A stretch of DNA of 64,000 nucleotides from Candidatus Pacebacteria bacterium GW2011_GWA1_46_10 (lineage in GTDB: Bacteria; Patescibacteriota; Microgenomatia; UBA1400; PJMF01), in contig LCLP01000003.1 of the NCBI GenBank assembly GCA_001002135.1, positions 41,198-105,197 on the forward strand, read 5' to 3'. Both the position numbers and the translations under genes were made by a program. Under the pieces are notes generated by a model. It saw only the letters and a list, made by a program, of their open reading frames with translations. It was not told where the DNA came from and did no database searches. Shown piece after piece: positions 44,543 to 53,455 of the stretch; the stretch's first letter is position 1; each line of letters begins with the position of its first letter.

Positions 44543-46714
44543 TCACTCTTTCTTTTTTTCTGCAATCTTCTTTTTCTTTCGCTTGGCTAGAGTCGCCTCT
44601 CGTTTCGCCTTGCGCTCAGCGCGCTTCTTTTGCATTGCCACCCACTGAGCCTTAGTCAACTTAAAACCTGGCTCCGGTTTACTCCAACTGGCCCAATCAC
44701 AATCCGGATAGCGGCTGCAGCCGTAGAAATTGCGGCGCCAACGGGTGGGCTTAATGACAATGTCACCATCACCACACAACGGGCATTTTTGGCCCGCCAG
44801 TTTCTCGATAATGTTTTCCGTAAACTTGCAATCTGGGAAGCGACTACAGCTTCTGAATTTCCCAAACTTGCCTGCTCGAATAACCACTTCCCCACCCTCA
44901 CTCTTACCACACAGCGGGCACTGCTCACCAGTTTTTTCGACCGGAATTTCTGCTCGATCGGCATGCTTCTCAACGTCAGTGATTTTCTTGGCCAGTGGCG
45001 TGAAAAAGGTTTTGACAACTTTGCGCCACTCTTTCTCTCCCCTGGCAATACGGTCCAAGTCCTCTTCCATCTCAGCCGTGAAGTCGTAGTCCACAATGTC
45101 GGGGAAGTGTTTCAGTAAGAAATCGCTGACTACTTTGCCGATCGTGGTGGCCCAAAAACGTTTTTCGAGCCGCTCCACGTAACCCCGTTCCACAATCACC
45201 GAGATAATGCTGGCATAGGTACTCGGGCGACCAATCCCCCGCTTTTCCAATTCTTTGATCAGTGAGGCATCGTTATAACGAGGGGGTGGCGCAGTAAACT
45301 TCTGCATGGGATTGAGGTCAGCCCAATACACTGTTTGCCCTTTCTGTAGTGCTGGCACAATGACATCCTGTGAGTTTTTAAAGAGCACTGTCCAACCAGG
45401 AAACTGCTGAACCGAACCACCGGCGGTTAATTCAACTATTTCCGCCTGGTGCCTGGCTTCAATTGTGACTTTTGTTTGCTTGTACTGAGCCGGGCTCATC
45501 TGGCTGGCAATAAACCGGCGCCAGATCAGATCATAGATTTTCTGGTGCCGCTCAGTTAAACCAACCGCTTTAGTCAGCAATTGATCAGGTTTGAGGGCGG
45601 CGGTGGTGGGCCGGATAGCCTCATGAGCTTCTTGGGCGTTTTTCGAACGGTTTACAAACACCCGCGGTTGGTCAGAAAGATATTCCTTGCCAAAGTCCGC
45701 TTCGACCACTTTGCGAGCCGCCTCAATTGCCGAGCTGGCCAACGTAAACGAATCGGTACGATGGTAAGTAATTAAACCTTCTTCGTACAGCTGTTGGGCT
45801 AAACTCATAGTTTGGCGCGCCGAATAGCCATACCGATTGGCCGCGGCTTGTTGTAAACCAGCAGTCGCAAACGGCGGTAGGCTCTGGCGCTCGCGGTCTT
45901 TTTGTTCAACACCGGTGACGGTATAACTTGCTTTCTTCAGTATCTCAACAATCGGGGTAACGTCTTTTTCCGTCTTCGGTTCGTATTTTTTGGCCTTTAC
46001 CACGGTCACTTGAGCAACAAACGTCCCCTCGGGGAGTTTTTCCAACACCTTACCGTCTTTAAAGATGGTGGCTTTTTCATCTGTTATGTTAAGACCAACC
46101 TCAATTTCCCAATATTCGGCCGGCTGAAACGCCTCAATCTCCCGTTCACGCTCCACGATCAGCCGCAAGGCCACTGACTGCACCCGACCAGCCGACAAGC
46201 CGCGGCGCACTTTCTTCCACAACACTGGGGAAAGCTTGTAGCCAACCAAACGATCAACCACACGGCGAGCTTGCTGTGCGTCTACCAAAGCCATCGAGAT
46301 TTTGCCAGGGTGTTCAATCGCCTTGAGCACGGCGCCCTTAGTAATTTGATGGAAAACTGCTCTCAAAAATTCCGGCGCGCCGCCTTTTTGACTGAGTAAA
46401 TGTTTGACGTGCCAAGCAATCGCCTCCCCTTCACGATCAGGGTCCATAGCCAGATACACTTTGTTTACCTTGGCCGCTTGTTTTTTCAGTTGTGAAACCA
46501 CTTTTGACTTACCGGGAACCAATTCATACTCTGGTTCAAAGTCATGCTCAAGGTCGATTCCCAAACTGCTTTTGGGTAAATCACGCACGTGCCCGACTGA
46601 GGCCTCAACTACATACGTGTCAGCTAAATAACTTCTCAGTTTACGGGCTTTGGTGGGAGATTCCACCACTACTAAGCTGGTTTGCTGGCTAGCCATACTG
46701 GAACGACTATACAC
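44543..46714 (-). CDS. topA: DNA topoisomerase I
   Basis: 723 aa; Toprim N-terminus, active-site Tyr region, C-terminal Cx2C...Cx2C zinc ribbons and Lys-rich tail. Confidence 0.95.
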   Translation of the reverse strand: MYSRSSMASQQTSLVVVESPTKARKLRSYLADTYVVEASVGHVRDLPKSSLGIDLEHDFEPEYELVPGKSKVVSQLKKQAAKVNKVYLAMDPDREGEAIAWHVKHLLSQKGGAPEFLRAVFHQITKGAVLKAIEHPGKISMALVDAQQARRVVDRLVGYKLSPVLWKKVRRGLSAGRVQSVALRLIVEREREIEAFQPAEYWEIEVGLNITDEKATIFKDGKVLEKLPEGTFVAQVTVVKAKKYEPKTEKDVTPIVEILKKASYTVTGVEQKDRERQSLPPFATAGLQQAAANRYGYSARQTMSLAQQLYEEGLITYHRTDSFTLASSAIEAARKVVEADFGKEYLSDQPRVFVNRSKNAQEAHEAIRPTTAALKPDQLLTKAVGLTERHQKIYDLIWRRFIASQMSPAQYKQTKVTIEARHQAEIVELTAGGSVQQFPGWTVLFKNSQDVIVPALQKGQTVYWADLNPMQKFTAPPPRYNDASLIKELEKRGIGRPSTYASIISVIVERGYVERLEKRFWATTIGKVVSDFLLKHFPDIVDYDFTAEMEEDLDRIARGEKEWRKVVKTFFTPLAKKITDVEKHADRAEIPVEKTGEQCPLCGKSEGGEVVIRAGKFGKFRSCSRFPDCKFTENIIEKLAGQKCPLCGDGDIVIKPTRWRRNFYGCSRYPDCDWASWSKPEPGFKLTKAQWVAMQKKRAERKAKREATLAKRKKKKIAEKKKE

Positions 46715-46759
46715 TATCTGCCCAGTCGGCGGCAGTTTCTGGTGAAGAGAAAACTTGAC

Positions 46760-47041
46760 CTAAATTTTTTTGGATTTCTCCCGACTCTCGAGAAATTCAA
46801 GCATCTTTTGACGAATAAAAGGAGTGACGCCTCTCTTTTTTTGAGCGGCAATTTTCCGCAACCGAGCCAAATCAACTACTGAAAAGCGAATAGCCACCAC
46901 CTTTTCAAGATTCTTGGCATAAACACTTTTAGGCCGCTGGTTAAAATCGATGTAATCAGAAAGGTTGTGAGTCTGCCAAAAACTTTTTTCCTCCTGATAA
47001 TTTTTGAATTTTGGAATTTGTTTGAAACTCTTCTTGGGCAT
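46760..47041 (-). CDS. BrnA-like RHH antitoxin-family protein (COG3514-like), no cognate toxin adjacent
   Basis: 93 aa; EEKSFWQTHNLSDYIDF...KVVAIRFSVVDLARLRKIAAQKKRGVTPFIRQKMLEFL matches BrnA pattern (FWxTHDxxDY ... RL/K..A...G.pY). Confidence 0.6.
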   Translation of the reverse strand: MPKKSFKQIPKFKNYQEEKSFWQTHNLSDYIDFNQRPKSVYAKNLEKVVAIRFSVVDLARLRKIAAQKKRGVTPFIRQKMLEFLESREKSKKI

Positions 47042-47078
47042 CTAAACTTTCTCCAAACTTTTAGTTCGCAACACCTTT

Positions 47079-47147
47079 GTTTGTAGAAATGACTCTCAAT
47101 TTTTGTAATACAATGTATTACAAATTTAAGGAGTCATTTCTACAAAC
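47079..47147. repeat. palindromic element (copy 2) with extended outer arms GTTTGTAGAAAT / ATTTCTACAAAC, 50 nt upstream of the BrnA-like gene
   Basis: Core 47091-47140 identical to 39368-39417 except one A/G; whole element is a ~69-nt nested palindrome. Confidence 0.6.
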
Positions 47148-47215
47148 AGATATCCCTCTCAACCGAAACACCCCGCTAAACCGAGTAACTCATAAAGCAA
47201 CATCACCCGATGAGA

Positions 47216-48310
47216 TTATTTCAGCGACCATCTATTACCAACTTGCTCGATCAAACCAAGCATCTCGAGTTCAACCAACTGAATAGCCAGTTCCGACGAG
47301 TTACAAGCCAGCTTTTCCTGTAAAATATCGGTTGTCATCGACTCGTTCCAGAGTAACTCACACACTTTTCTTTTCAACTCAGGCAGTTGTGCCCAAGTCT
47401 GGCGCTGGACTTCAATTTTGCGAAACTGTCGCTTGGTCAAGCCAAACATTTCTCCTGCACTATTCACCAACTGCGCCCCCTCATTGAGGAGTTGTTGCGT
47501 TCCTACCGAAAACCGGCTGTAAATCGAGCCTGGGACCGCCCAAACATCTCGGCCTAACTCTGCAGCACAATGAGCGGTAATTAAACTGCCGCTATCCTCA
47601 GCTCCCTCAATCACCAGCACTCCTTCACTCATCCCTGCCACCACGGTGTTACGGGCCGGAAAATTACCTGGTTTAGCTGGTACATGTGGTGCAAAAGGAC
47701 TGAAAAAAGTCGCTCCTCGATCCAAAAACCAATACAGTAAAGCTCGCTGTTCGGGCGGATACATATGATCAAAGCCAAAACCCAAAACCCCCACTGTTTT
47801 ACCACCAGCTGCCAAGGTGGCACGCTGAGCCGCTACGTCTACTCCATACATAAAACCGGAAACGATCGTTTTGCCAAACTGCACGAGTGGTGGAATAAAG
47901 TCTCGCACCACTCGCCGCCCATAATCAGTGATGCTTCTGGTTCCCACCACCGCTAAAAAAGCCTCTTTCCCACTCAGTTGCGGACCGCGCGCGAACAAAA
48001 GCGGCGGATGACGGGGCAACTGTTCTAAAAGTGGCGGAAACTCCCCCTCTGCTGGCAATACTACCCGAATACCTTTTTCACTCAAAGACTCAAAATATGA
48101 ACTACTGGTGTACTCTTTTTTAAACTTTCTAATTGATTGAACAACCTTTTCTTGTAGCTTTATTTTTTGCCAGATATTACCTTTTCCGACCCAAAAATCA
48201 GCTTCCGTGCCTTCGGCTTCTGTCAGGGTTTTTAAAACCTGATGAAACGTCACCGCTCCGACGCCATCTAAAGCATAGAGAGCTGTTTGAAATTCCTTTA
48301 ACCATTGCAC
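47216..48310 (-). CDS. dprA: DNA processing protein DprA (Smf)
   Basis: 364 aa; Rossmann-like DprA core ..GVLVIEGAEDSGSLITAHCAAELGRDVWAVPGSI..; upstream of topA as is common. Confidence 0.85.
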   Translation of the reverse strand: MQWLKEFQTALYALDGVGAVTFHQVLKTLTEAEGTEADFWVGKGNIWQKIKLQEKVVQSIRKFKKEYTSSSYFESLSEKGIRVVLPAEGEFPPLLEQLPRHPPLLFARGPQLSGKEAFLAVVGTRSITDYGRRVVRDFIPPLVQFGKTIVSGFMYGVDVAAQRATLAAGGKTVGVLGFGFDHMYPPEQRALLYWFLDRGATFFSPFAPHVPAKPGNFPARNTVVAGMSEGVLVIEGAEDSGSLITAHCAAELGRDVWAVPGSIYSRFSVGTQQLLNEGAQLVNSAGEMFGLTKRQFRKIEVQRQTWAQLPELKRKVCELLWNESMTTDILQEKLACNSSELAIQLVELEMLGLIEQVGNRWSLK

Positions 48311-48389
48311 TTTTTCAGTGTACTAAGAGCGTGCCAACACTAAGCGTAACAAACCACGTGCAGGGGTTGTTTGGTGTAAAACGTTTTAT

Positions 48390-50342
48390 TTAAGGGGGAG
48401 TCGGTCGGCCAACTAGCCAATCCAAGATCGCGCGCGCCACTGGGGCCGCATCTGCCGAACCTTCTCTGAATGGCTGTTCATCATCACTTTCCACCAGCAC
48501 CAAAATTGTCAGCGTTTCTGGTAAATCGGCGGCTTTCACCTTCCTTAACCAACGCTGGCGTTCTTGATTAAGATCAAGTGCTGTTTCATCGGTCACCATG
48601 GCTGAAGTGGTAGCTTCAACTACCTCAGCATCCTCGGTCTTAGCGATTGCCGCTAAATCAGCTTGAATCAAATCATTAATACCCCCGATCACCATGCCAA
48701 ACCAGGCGTGAGTGCGGCGGCGGCCTTGCGCATCCTCACTGCCAAACTCGGCTGTGCCAGTTTTACACGCCGCCATTCCCCGCCGAATCCGTTCGGCCGG
48801 CGACAAACTTATCGGCGACAAACTGACCGGTGATACGTCAGCCGACTGGGGTGATGACTCATCTCTCAATTGGTTTTCAAGTTGTCCCTGGCGAGCGCTG
48901 TTCCAGTCAAACAACGGAAAGGCCGTTCCGCCGGCCGAACAAGCCCCAATCATCCCCTCTTGAATCGCCGCCACCGCCTGCTCTGTCAGTCCCAGCGAGC
49001 CACACCGAGCGGCCGCCGCCGCCCGATTCTCCGGTGCCACCACCGATAATTCGCAAATCGCCCCCTCATTGCCAAACACACTGACCATTCGCGCCAACTG
49101 AACTGGTGTCACCAGTAAATCCCCCTGCCCAATTCCCAAGTGATAGGTATTTCCTAGAAACCAGCGCTCACCCAACGTTTTCTCTTTCCACTCTGGATTT
49201 GGCACCAAACCCACTGCTTCACCTGGCACCTCAATCCCGGTTGACTCACCAAAACCAAACTCATGAGCCTTTTGTACTAACGCTTCCACTCCAGTCCATT
49301 CTGCTGCCTTGTAAAAGAAAGTGTCATTACTCCTGGTAATAGCTCGCACTAAGGAAATTACCCCCTCTACTCGACCGTATTGGGTGTAATACCAATTAGC
49401 AAATTGTGTTCCACCGGCCTCAATAAACCCTTGATCATCGACCAGTGTGTTGAGGTCAAAAGCCCCACTGTCCAAACCAGCCGAGGCCGTGACCAGTTTA
49501 AACATCGAACCTGGGGCATATTGACCACTCATCGCCCGATTAAAAAAGAGCTGTCGCTCATCAGTTAATGCCTGTTGTAGAGCGGTTTGACGCTCTTGCT
49601 CCTCCAGTATGCTGGTCGAGGCAAAAAGATTGCTGTTGAAACTGGGTGAACTGAGTAGAGTGAGGACCGCCCCCGTTTGCGCATCAAGAATAACCACCGC
49701 CCCTTTTTTATCCCCCATCGCCCGCCAAGCAGCTGAAGAAAGGTATGGATCAATGGTCGTCTTCACCGGCTGACCAACCTTGGGTGGTTGACTAAACTCG
49801 ACAGTCTGCTTTTCTCCCACCGAATTAATCTCAAATTCTTGGTAGCCATCAGTCCCCCGCAGTAAGTTATCGTAGCGTTGCTCCAACCCCATTCTCCCCA
49901 CTAAATCAGTCATTTTAAGCGAACTGTCTTCAGATAAATCGTCGTTATTGACCACTGAGATGTATCCCAGTAAATGAGCCAGAGAAAAGGGCCTGACGTA
50001 CTTTCGCTCCAGCGTCCAGCCGATTGAAAATGGGTCGCTCACTTGCGCCGAAAGCGCTTCTTCTTGAGAAACAGGTGTCGTAACCGAAAACAGCTTTAAA
50101 GGTTCGGTGTAACGATAGTACTGACGGGTGTTGATCACCAATGGATCGCCAAAACGATCCAAAAACACTCCTCGTTCAGCCGGTATATCTAACCGAAACT
50201 GCCGATTTTCTTCAGAAATAAGCCGAAACAGCTGACCGCGCACCACTTGGAGATCCACTACTCTGACCAACAGTAGTCCTAAGCTTAAAAGAGCTGTAAT
50301 TTTTAAGAAATTGATGAACGTTTGACGTTTGTCATTTGCCAT
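48390..50342 (-). CDS. mrdA: peptidoglycan D,D-transpeptidase, class B PBP (PBP2-like)
   Basis: 650 aa; N-terminal TM, SxxK (GSMFKLV), SxN (RSND), KTG (ACKTGTAEF) motifs; ~80-aa Ser/Pro/Asp-rich insertion before KTG; C-terminal extension. Confidence 0.9.
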   Translation of the reverse strand: MANDKRQTFINFLKITALLSLGLLLVRVVDLQVVRGQLFRLISEENRQFRLDIPAERGVFLDRFGDPLVINTRQYYRYTEPLKLFSVTTPVSQEEALSAQVSDPFSIGWTLERKYVRPFSLAHLLGYISVVNNDDLSEDSSLKMTDLVGRMGLEQRYDNLLRGTDGYQEFEINSVGEKQTVEFSQPPKVGQPVKTTIDPYLSSAAWRAMGDKKGAVVILDAQTGAVLTLLSSPSFNSNLFASTSILEEQERQTALQQALTDERQLFFNRAMSGQYAPGSMFKLVTASAGLDSGAFDLNTLVDDQGFIEAGGTQFANWYYTQYGRVEGVISLVRAITRSNDTFFYKAAEWTGVEALVQKAHEFGFGESTGIEVPGEAVGLVPNPEWKEKTLGERWFLGNTYHLGIGQGDLLVTPVQLARMVSVFGNEGAICELSVVAPENRAAAAARCGSLGLTEQAVAAIQEGMIGACSAGGTAFPLFDWNSARQGQLENQLRDESSPQSADVSPVSLSPISLSPAERIRRGMAACKTGTAEFGSEDAQGRRRTHAWFGMVIGGINDLIQADLAAIAKTEDAEVVEATTSAMVTDETALDLNQERQRWLRKVKAADLPETLTILVLVESDDEQPFREGSADAAPVARAILDWLVGRPTPP

Positions 50343-50743
50343 GGAAAGCTCCGTATTCTCCCGCCTAAAAGTTTGAAAAAGAGTCCAAAACTAATCAGCG
50401 TTGAAATGATAGTTAAAGAATGAAGCGAGGGTTGAGTCAACACCCCCACTACAATAGCCCCAAACCAGGAAGGTGCCAAGCGCTGCCAAGTATTTTTCCG
50501 AGTACGCTCGGTCACCTGCCAAATCAAGATGACCAGTCCCGCCGAGACGCTCAAGGGGAGCGAGTAAGCAACCGAGATCATGATACTGACCACTCCTACA
50601 CTCACTACGATCGGTGATGGCCGGAAACCGATTAACCATTCTCCCGCCACGTAAAAACTAATCCAAGGTAAACCGACCACCGACTCCAATGTGAGGAGTA
50701 AAACCCACACTAGCCAGCGAAAAACCAGCGTGAGCATACTCAT
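50303..50743 (-). CDS. mreD: rod shape-determining protein MreD (inferred from position and topology)
   Basis: 146-aa polytopic membrane protein between mreC and the PBP gene. Confidence 0.55.
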   Translation of the reverse strand: MSMLTLVFRWLVWVLLLTLESVVGLPWISFYVAGEWLIGFRPSPIVVSVGVVSIMISVAYSLPLSVSAGLVILIWQVTERTRKNTWQRLAPSWFGAIVVGVLTQPSLHSLTIISTLISFGLFFKLLGGRIRSFPWQMTNVKRSSIS

Positions 50744-51528
50744 CAGCGCACCTCCACTATGCTAGTGGTAAAAAACGACGCATATTGCTCAATGACCGCC
50801 GTCTGCACCGACGAGGCTGGTTCATTGATGACACTGACAATCCGGCCAATCGGTAAGTTCTGCTCTATCTGCGGCTGCCCAAGCGTCACTACCCTGTCAC
50901 CTACTCTGATCACGTCTTCCTTAGACACTTGAGTAAAAAGCACTTTTTTTCCATCGCCCACCACTAAACCTTTCACTCCAGATTCTGTCTGTGCGAGTAC
51001 CGGCAACGCATTTGCTGTCAAAAGCAGAGTGACTTGTGATTCATAGAGACTCACTCGAGTGACCTGTCCCAACAGAGTGTTTCGACTTAACACGATCGCC
51101 CCAACCTCAACACCTGCTTGAGAACCAGCGGCAATCGCTGGTTTTGAAAAGGCAATAATCGGCGCCGCGACCACCGTTCGTTCACTTGGTCGATCAGTGT
51201 TCGTCAGTAAAAACCTCAGTTCCTCGTTCTCGCGCCGCAGGGTGGCTAACTCAGCCAAGGACGCTGAAGCCTCGGCTAACCTCAGCTCCAAGTCTTGAAT
51301 TCTGGCCGCTGATTTGGGCAGTTTTAAGGCACTTTGCCAAATCAAATAGGCTTGGTTTAGCCCCACCACCCACACTTGCCTCACCGGCACCAAGCCCCGG
51401 CCGATGACACTATTGACTGACTGAGAAAAACCGGTCACATCCAATACCGCCAAACAGGCAATCAGAAACAGCACCTGCTGCCACCGCGTCAGTCGAAAGC
51501 TCATTTTCGTTCGCTCTATGGCATCCAC
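50743..51528 (-). CDS. mreC: rod shape-determining protein MreC
   Basis: 261 aa; N-terminal TM, coiled-coil (..LELRLAEASASLAELATLRRENEELR..), C-terminal beta-rich domains with ..GLVVGDG.. Confidence 0.7.
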   Translation of the reverse strand: MDAIERTKMSFRLTRWQQVLFLIACLAVLDVTGFSQSVNSVIGRGLVPVRQVWVVGLNQAYLIWQSALKLPKSAARIQDLELRLAEASASLAELATLRRENEELRFLLTNTDRPSERTVVAAPIIAFSKPAIAAGSQAGVEVGAIVLSRNTLLGQVTRVSLYESQVTLLLTANALPVLAQTESGVKGLVVGDGKKVLFTQVSKEDVIRVGDRVVTLGQPQIEQNLPIGRIVSVINEPASSVQTAVIEQYASFFTTSIVEVR

Positions 51529-52439
51529 TGTACCCCTCCAATCAACTCAAACTCCGAGTGTAAATACACGGTATTTACTTGATATTTTTCTTGTACTAAT
51601 TGGTTTAAAAACGCATCACCAATCACCACCCAGTGATTGGGTTGAGCTTGAACAAATAAAGGTAAAGCCATGAGTGGCTGAAGTTCACGCATTAACTGCT
51701 GGGTGAAAAATTCTCTGAGAGTTTCAACCATCGATGCTTTCAGAGCAAGGGTGGTCACTTGCTGTGTCTGAATGCTTCTGCCTCGCACCACGTGAGACTG
51801 AATCTCTTTTCTTCTACCCATCAACTGATACAGCTCGCGCGCTGTTTCCAAAGAGACCTCGATTTTTCCCTCTTCACGAAGAAACAGCTGGATTTCATGG
51901 TCTGCTGCCAACAGCGAGTGTGCCAGCACTACGCCAGCCTGATCTTGAGGGGAAAAGACAACTCCTTCACCAACGTCACTGCCCACATAAAGACCCAGAC
52001 CGGTGTGGATCGCTTGGCGTTCCCCAAACGCTCTCATCGCCGTAGCGTATGAAACAAGCGTCACTTTTTGAAACCCTGCCTTTTGAAAAACCTCACGAAC
52101 CACTTTTCGCTCCAAAGGTGAACTGTCAGTCGCCACAAAAACTACGGCCGCGCGAAAAACAAAAGGTTGAGTGGTAGTAAGGCCTTCTTGCTCACCAGTG
52201 CTGGTAATGGTAGTAACGGCCTCATGAAAATCACTGACTTGACCATGAGTAAAGCCGGCGTGATGTGTGAGGAGTAAGCGTCTCTTTTTCTTTCGCCAAA
52301 TAAAGAGTAGTTCCTGACTAGAAAACCAAAAAACGGCTTGCTCCTGGGAGAAAAAAGCGGTAATGAACTTTGGGACACGCAAGAGTTTCATACTATATAC
52401 CCTCGAGCCTAACAAAAGCTGTTCACAAATACCAGTCAA
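51516..52439 (-). CDS. hypothetical protein in the mreB position; possible degenerate actin-fold protein
   Basis: ~290 aa upstream of mreC; weak echoes of actin phosphate-2/adenosine motifs (LYVGSDVGEGVV; HWVVIGDAFLNQL) but canonical MreB DLGT / DIGGGTT motifs absent. Confidence 0.4.
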   Translation of the reverse strand: MTGICEQLLLGSRVYSMKLLRVPKFITAFFSQEQAVFWFSSQELLFIWRKKKRRLLLTHHAGFTHGQVSDFHEAVTTITSTGEQEGLTTTQPFVFRAAVVFVATDSSPLERKVVREVFQKAGFQKVTLVSYATAMRAFGERQAIHTGLGLYVGSDVGEGVVFSPQDQAGVVLAHSLLAADHEIQLFLREEGKIEVSLETARELYQLMGRRKEIQSHVVRGRSIQTQQVTTLALKASMVETLREFFTQQLMRELQPLMALPLFVQAQPNHWVVIGDAFLNQLVQEKYQVNTVYLHSEFELIGGVQWMP

Positions 52440-52447
52440 AGTGAAAC

Positions 52448-53455
52448 TTAGGTAGTCAAAGTATTGAGAAGCTGAGCGCCAGTCTTCCAGCGGCCATGCA
52501 AAATGTGCTGTTCAGCCTGCTGGATTTTGGTCATCTCATCAGGCTTAGTGGCGTAATACTCTTTCATCCCAGCCAATCGCTCTTTGACCATGTCTTCCTT
52601 GAGCTCTAAGGCTTTTTCTAACATGATTTCTTCGATATCCGGCACCAATTGCTCGACTTTTTGAATTAACTGTTCTTGGCGAGCAGTGTCAGTCAGGTCA
52701 GTCTTCTTTCGGAGAGCCTGAATTTCTTTAAGTTGGTTGTCATCAATCAACAATGCCAGATCCTTATCCAAAAAATCTTCCCATAACGCTTGCTGTAATT
52801 CATCTAAAAAGGCTTCTTTTTCGTGCTCGTCAGCCTTCATCACCCCCAACAGCTCAAAGATATTTTGTTCTTCAATCGCTTCTTTATCAGCGGCAGGGAA
52901 GTCCTTGCCTGCGTCAGACGAGGTCGAGGAACCGGCCACCGGCTGAGCCACTGGCATCGTGTTTGCCGGTGAATTGGGGTGTTTGAGCATGTACTTAAAT
53001 TCATCCGCCGTCATGGTCTTGTCATCATCTTTCGGCTGAGGCGTCGATTGAGCGGGGGCTGCTGATTGAACAGAGGTTGATCGAGTAGTAGTTGATTGAG
53101 CACCCGGCTTTTGCCTGTATTTACGATCGTACTCATCCAACACCCGTTCCAACTCAGCCAAAGGATCTTCTTTCAAATCAGTTGAGGGAATAGTCCCAGC
53201 CTGCTTAACGACCGCTTGATGCTTGGCTTGGTTTTGTTTTTGCCTGGCTTCGTATTCACTCAGCGCTTTTTCCAGCTCGGCTAAAGGGTCACTGGTGGTG
53301 GAAGAAGTTGGAACTGACCCAGCAGGTTGAGGTGGGGTTGAGGAACCACCAACCGGCTTAACGCTCCCTGAGGCCGGCGGTGAGTACGAATCAACGTATG
53401 AGTTTTGAGCAGAAGATTGGTGGTTGGGCAGGCTGGTGTCAGTCATGAATGGCAA
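52448..53455 (-). CDS. hypothetical protein with internal repeat and disordered N-terminal half
   Basis: 335 aa; duplicated segment DPLAELEKALSEYEARQKQ / DPLAELERVLDEYDRKYRQK; acidic helical C-terminal half. Confidence 0.5.
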   Translation of the reverse strand: MPFMTDTSLPNHQSSAQNSYVDSYSPPASGSVKPVGGSSTPPQPAGSVPTSSTTSDPLAELEKALSEYEARQKQNQAKHQAVVKQAGTIPSTDLKEDPLAELERVLDEYDRKYRQKPGAQSTTTRSTSVQSAAPAQSTPQPKDDDKTMTADEFKYMLKHPNSPANTMPVAQPVAGSSTSSDAGKDFPAADKEAIEEQNIFELLGVMKADEHEKEAFLDELQQALWEDFLDKDLALLIDDNQLKEIQALRKKTDLTDTARQEQLIQKVEQLVPDIEEIMLEKALELKEDMVKERLAGMKEYYATKPDEMTKIQQAEQHILHGRWKTGAQLLNTLTT

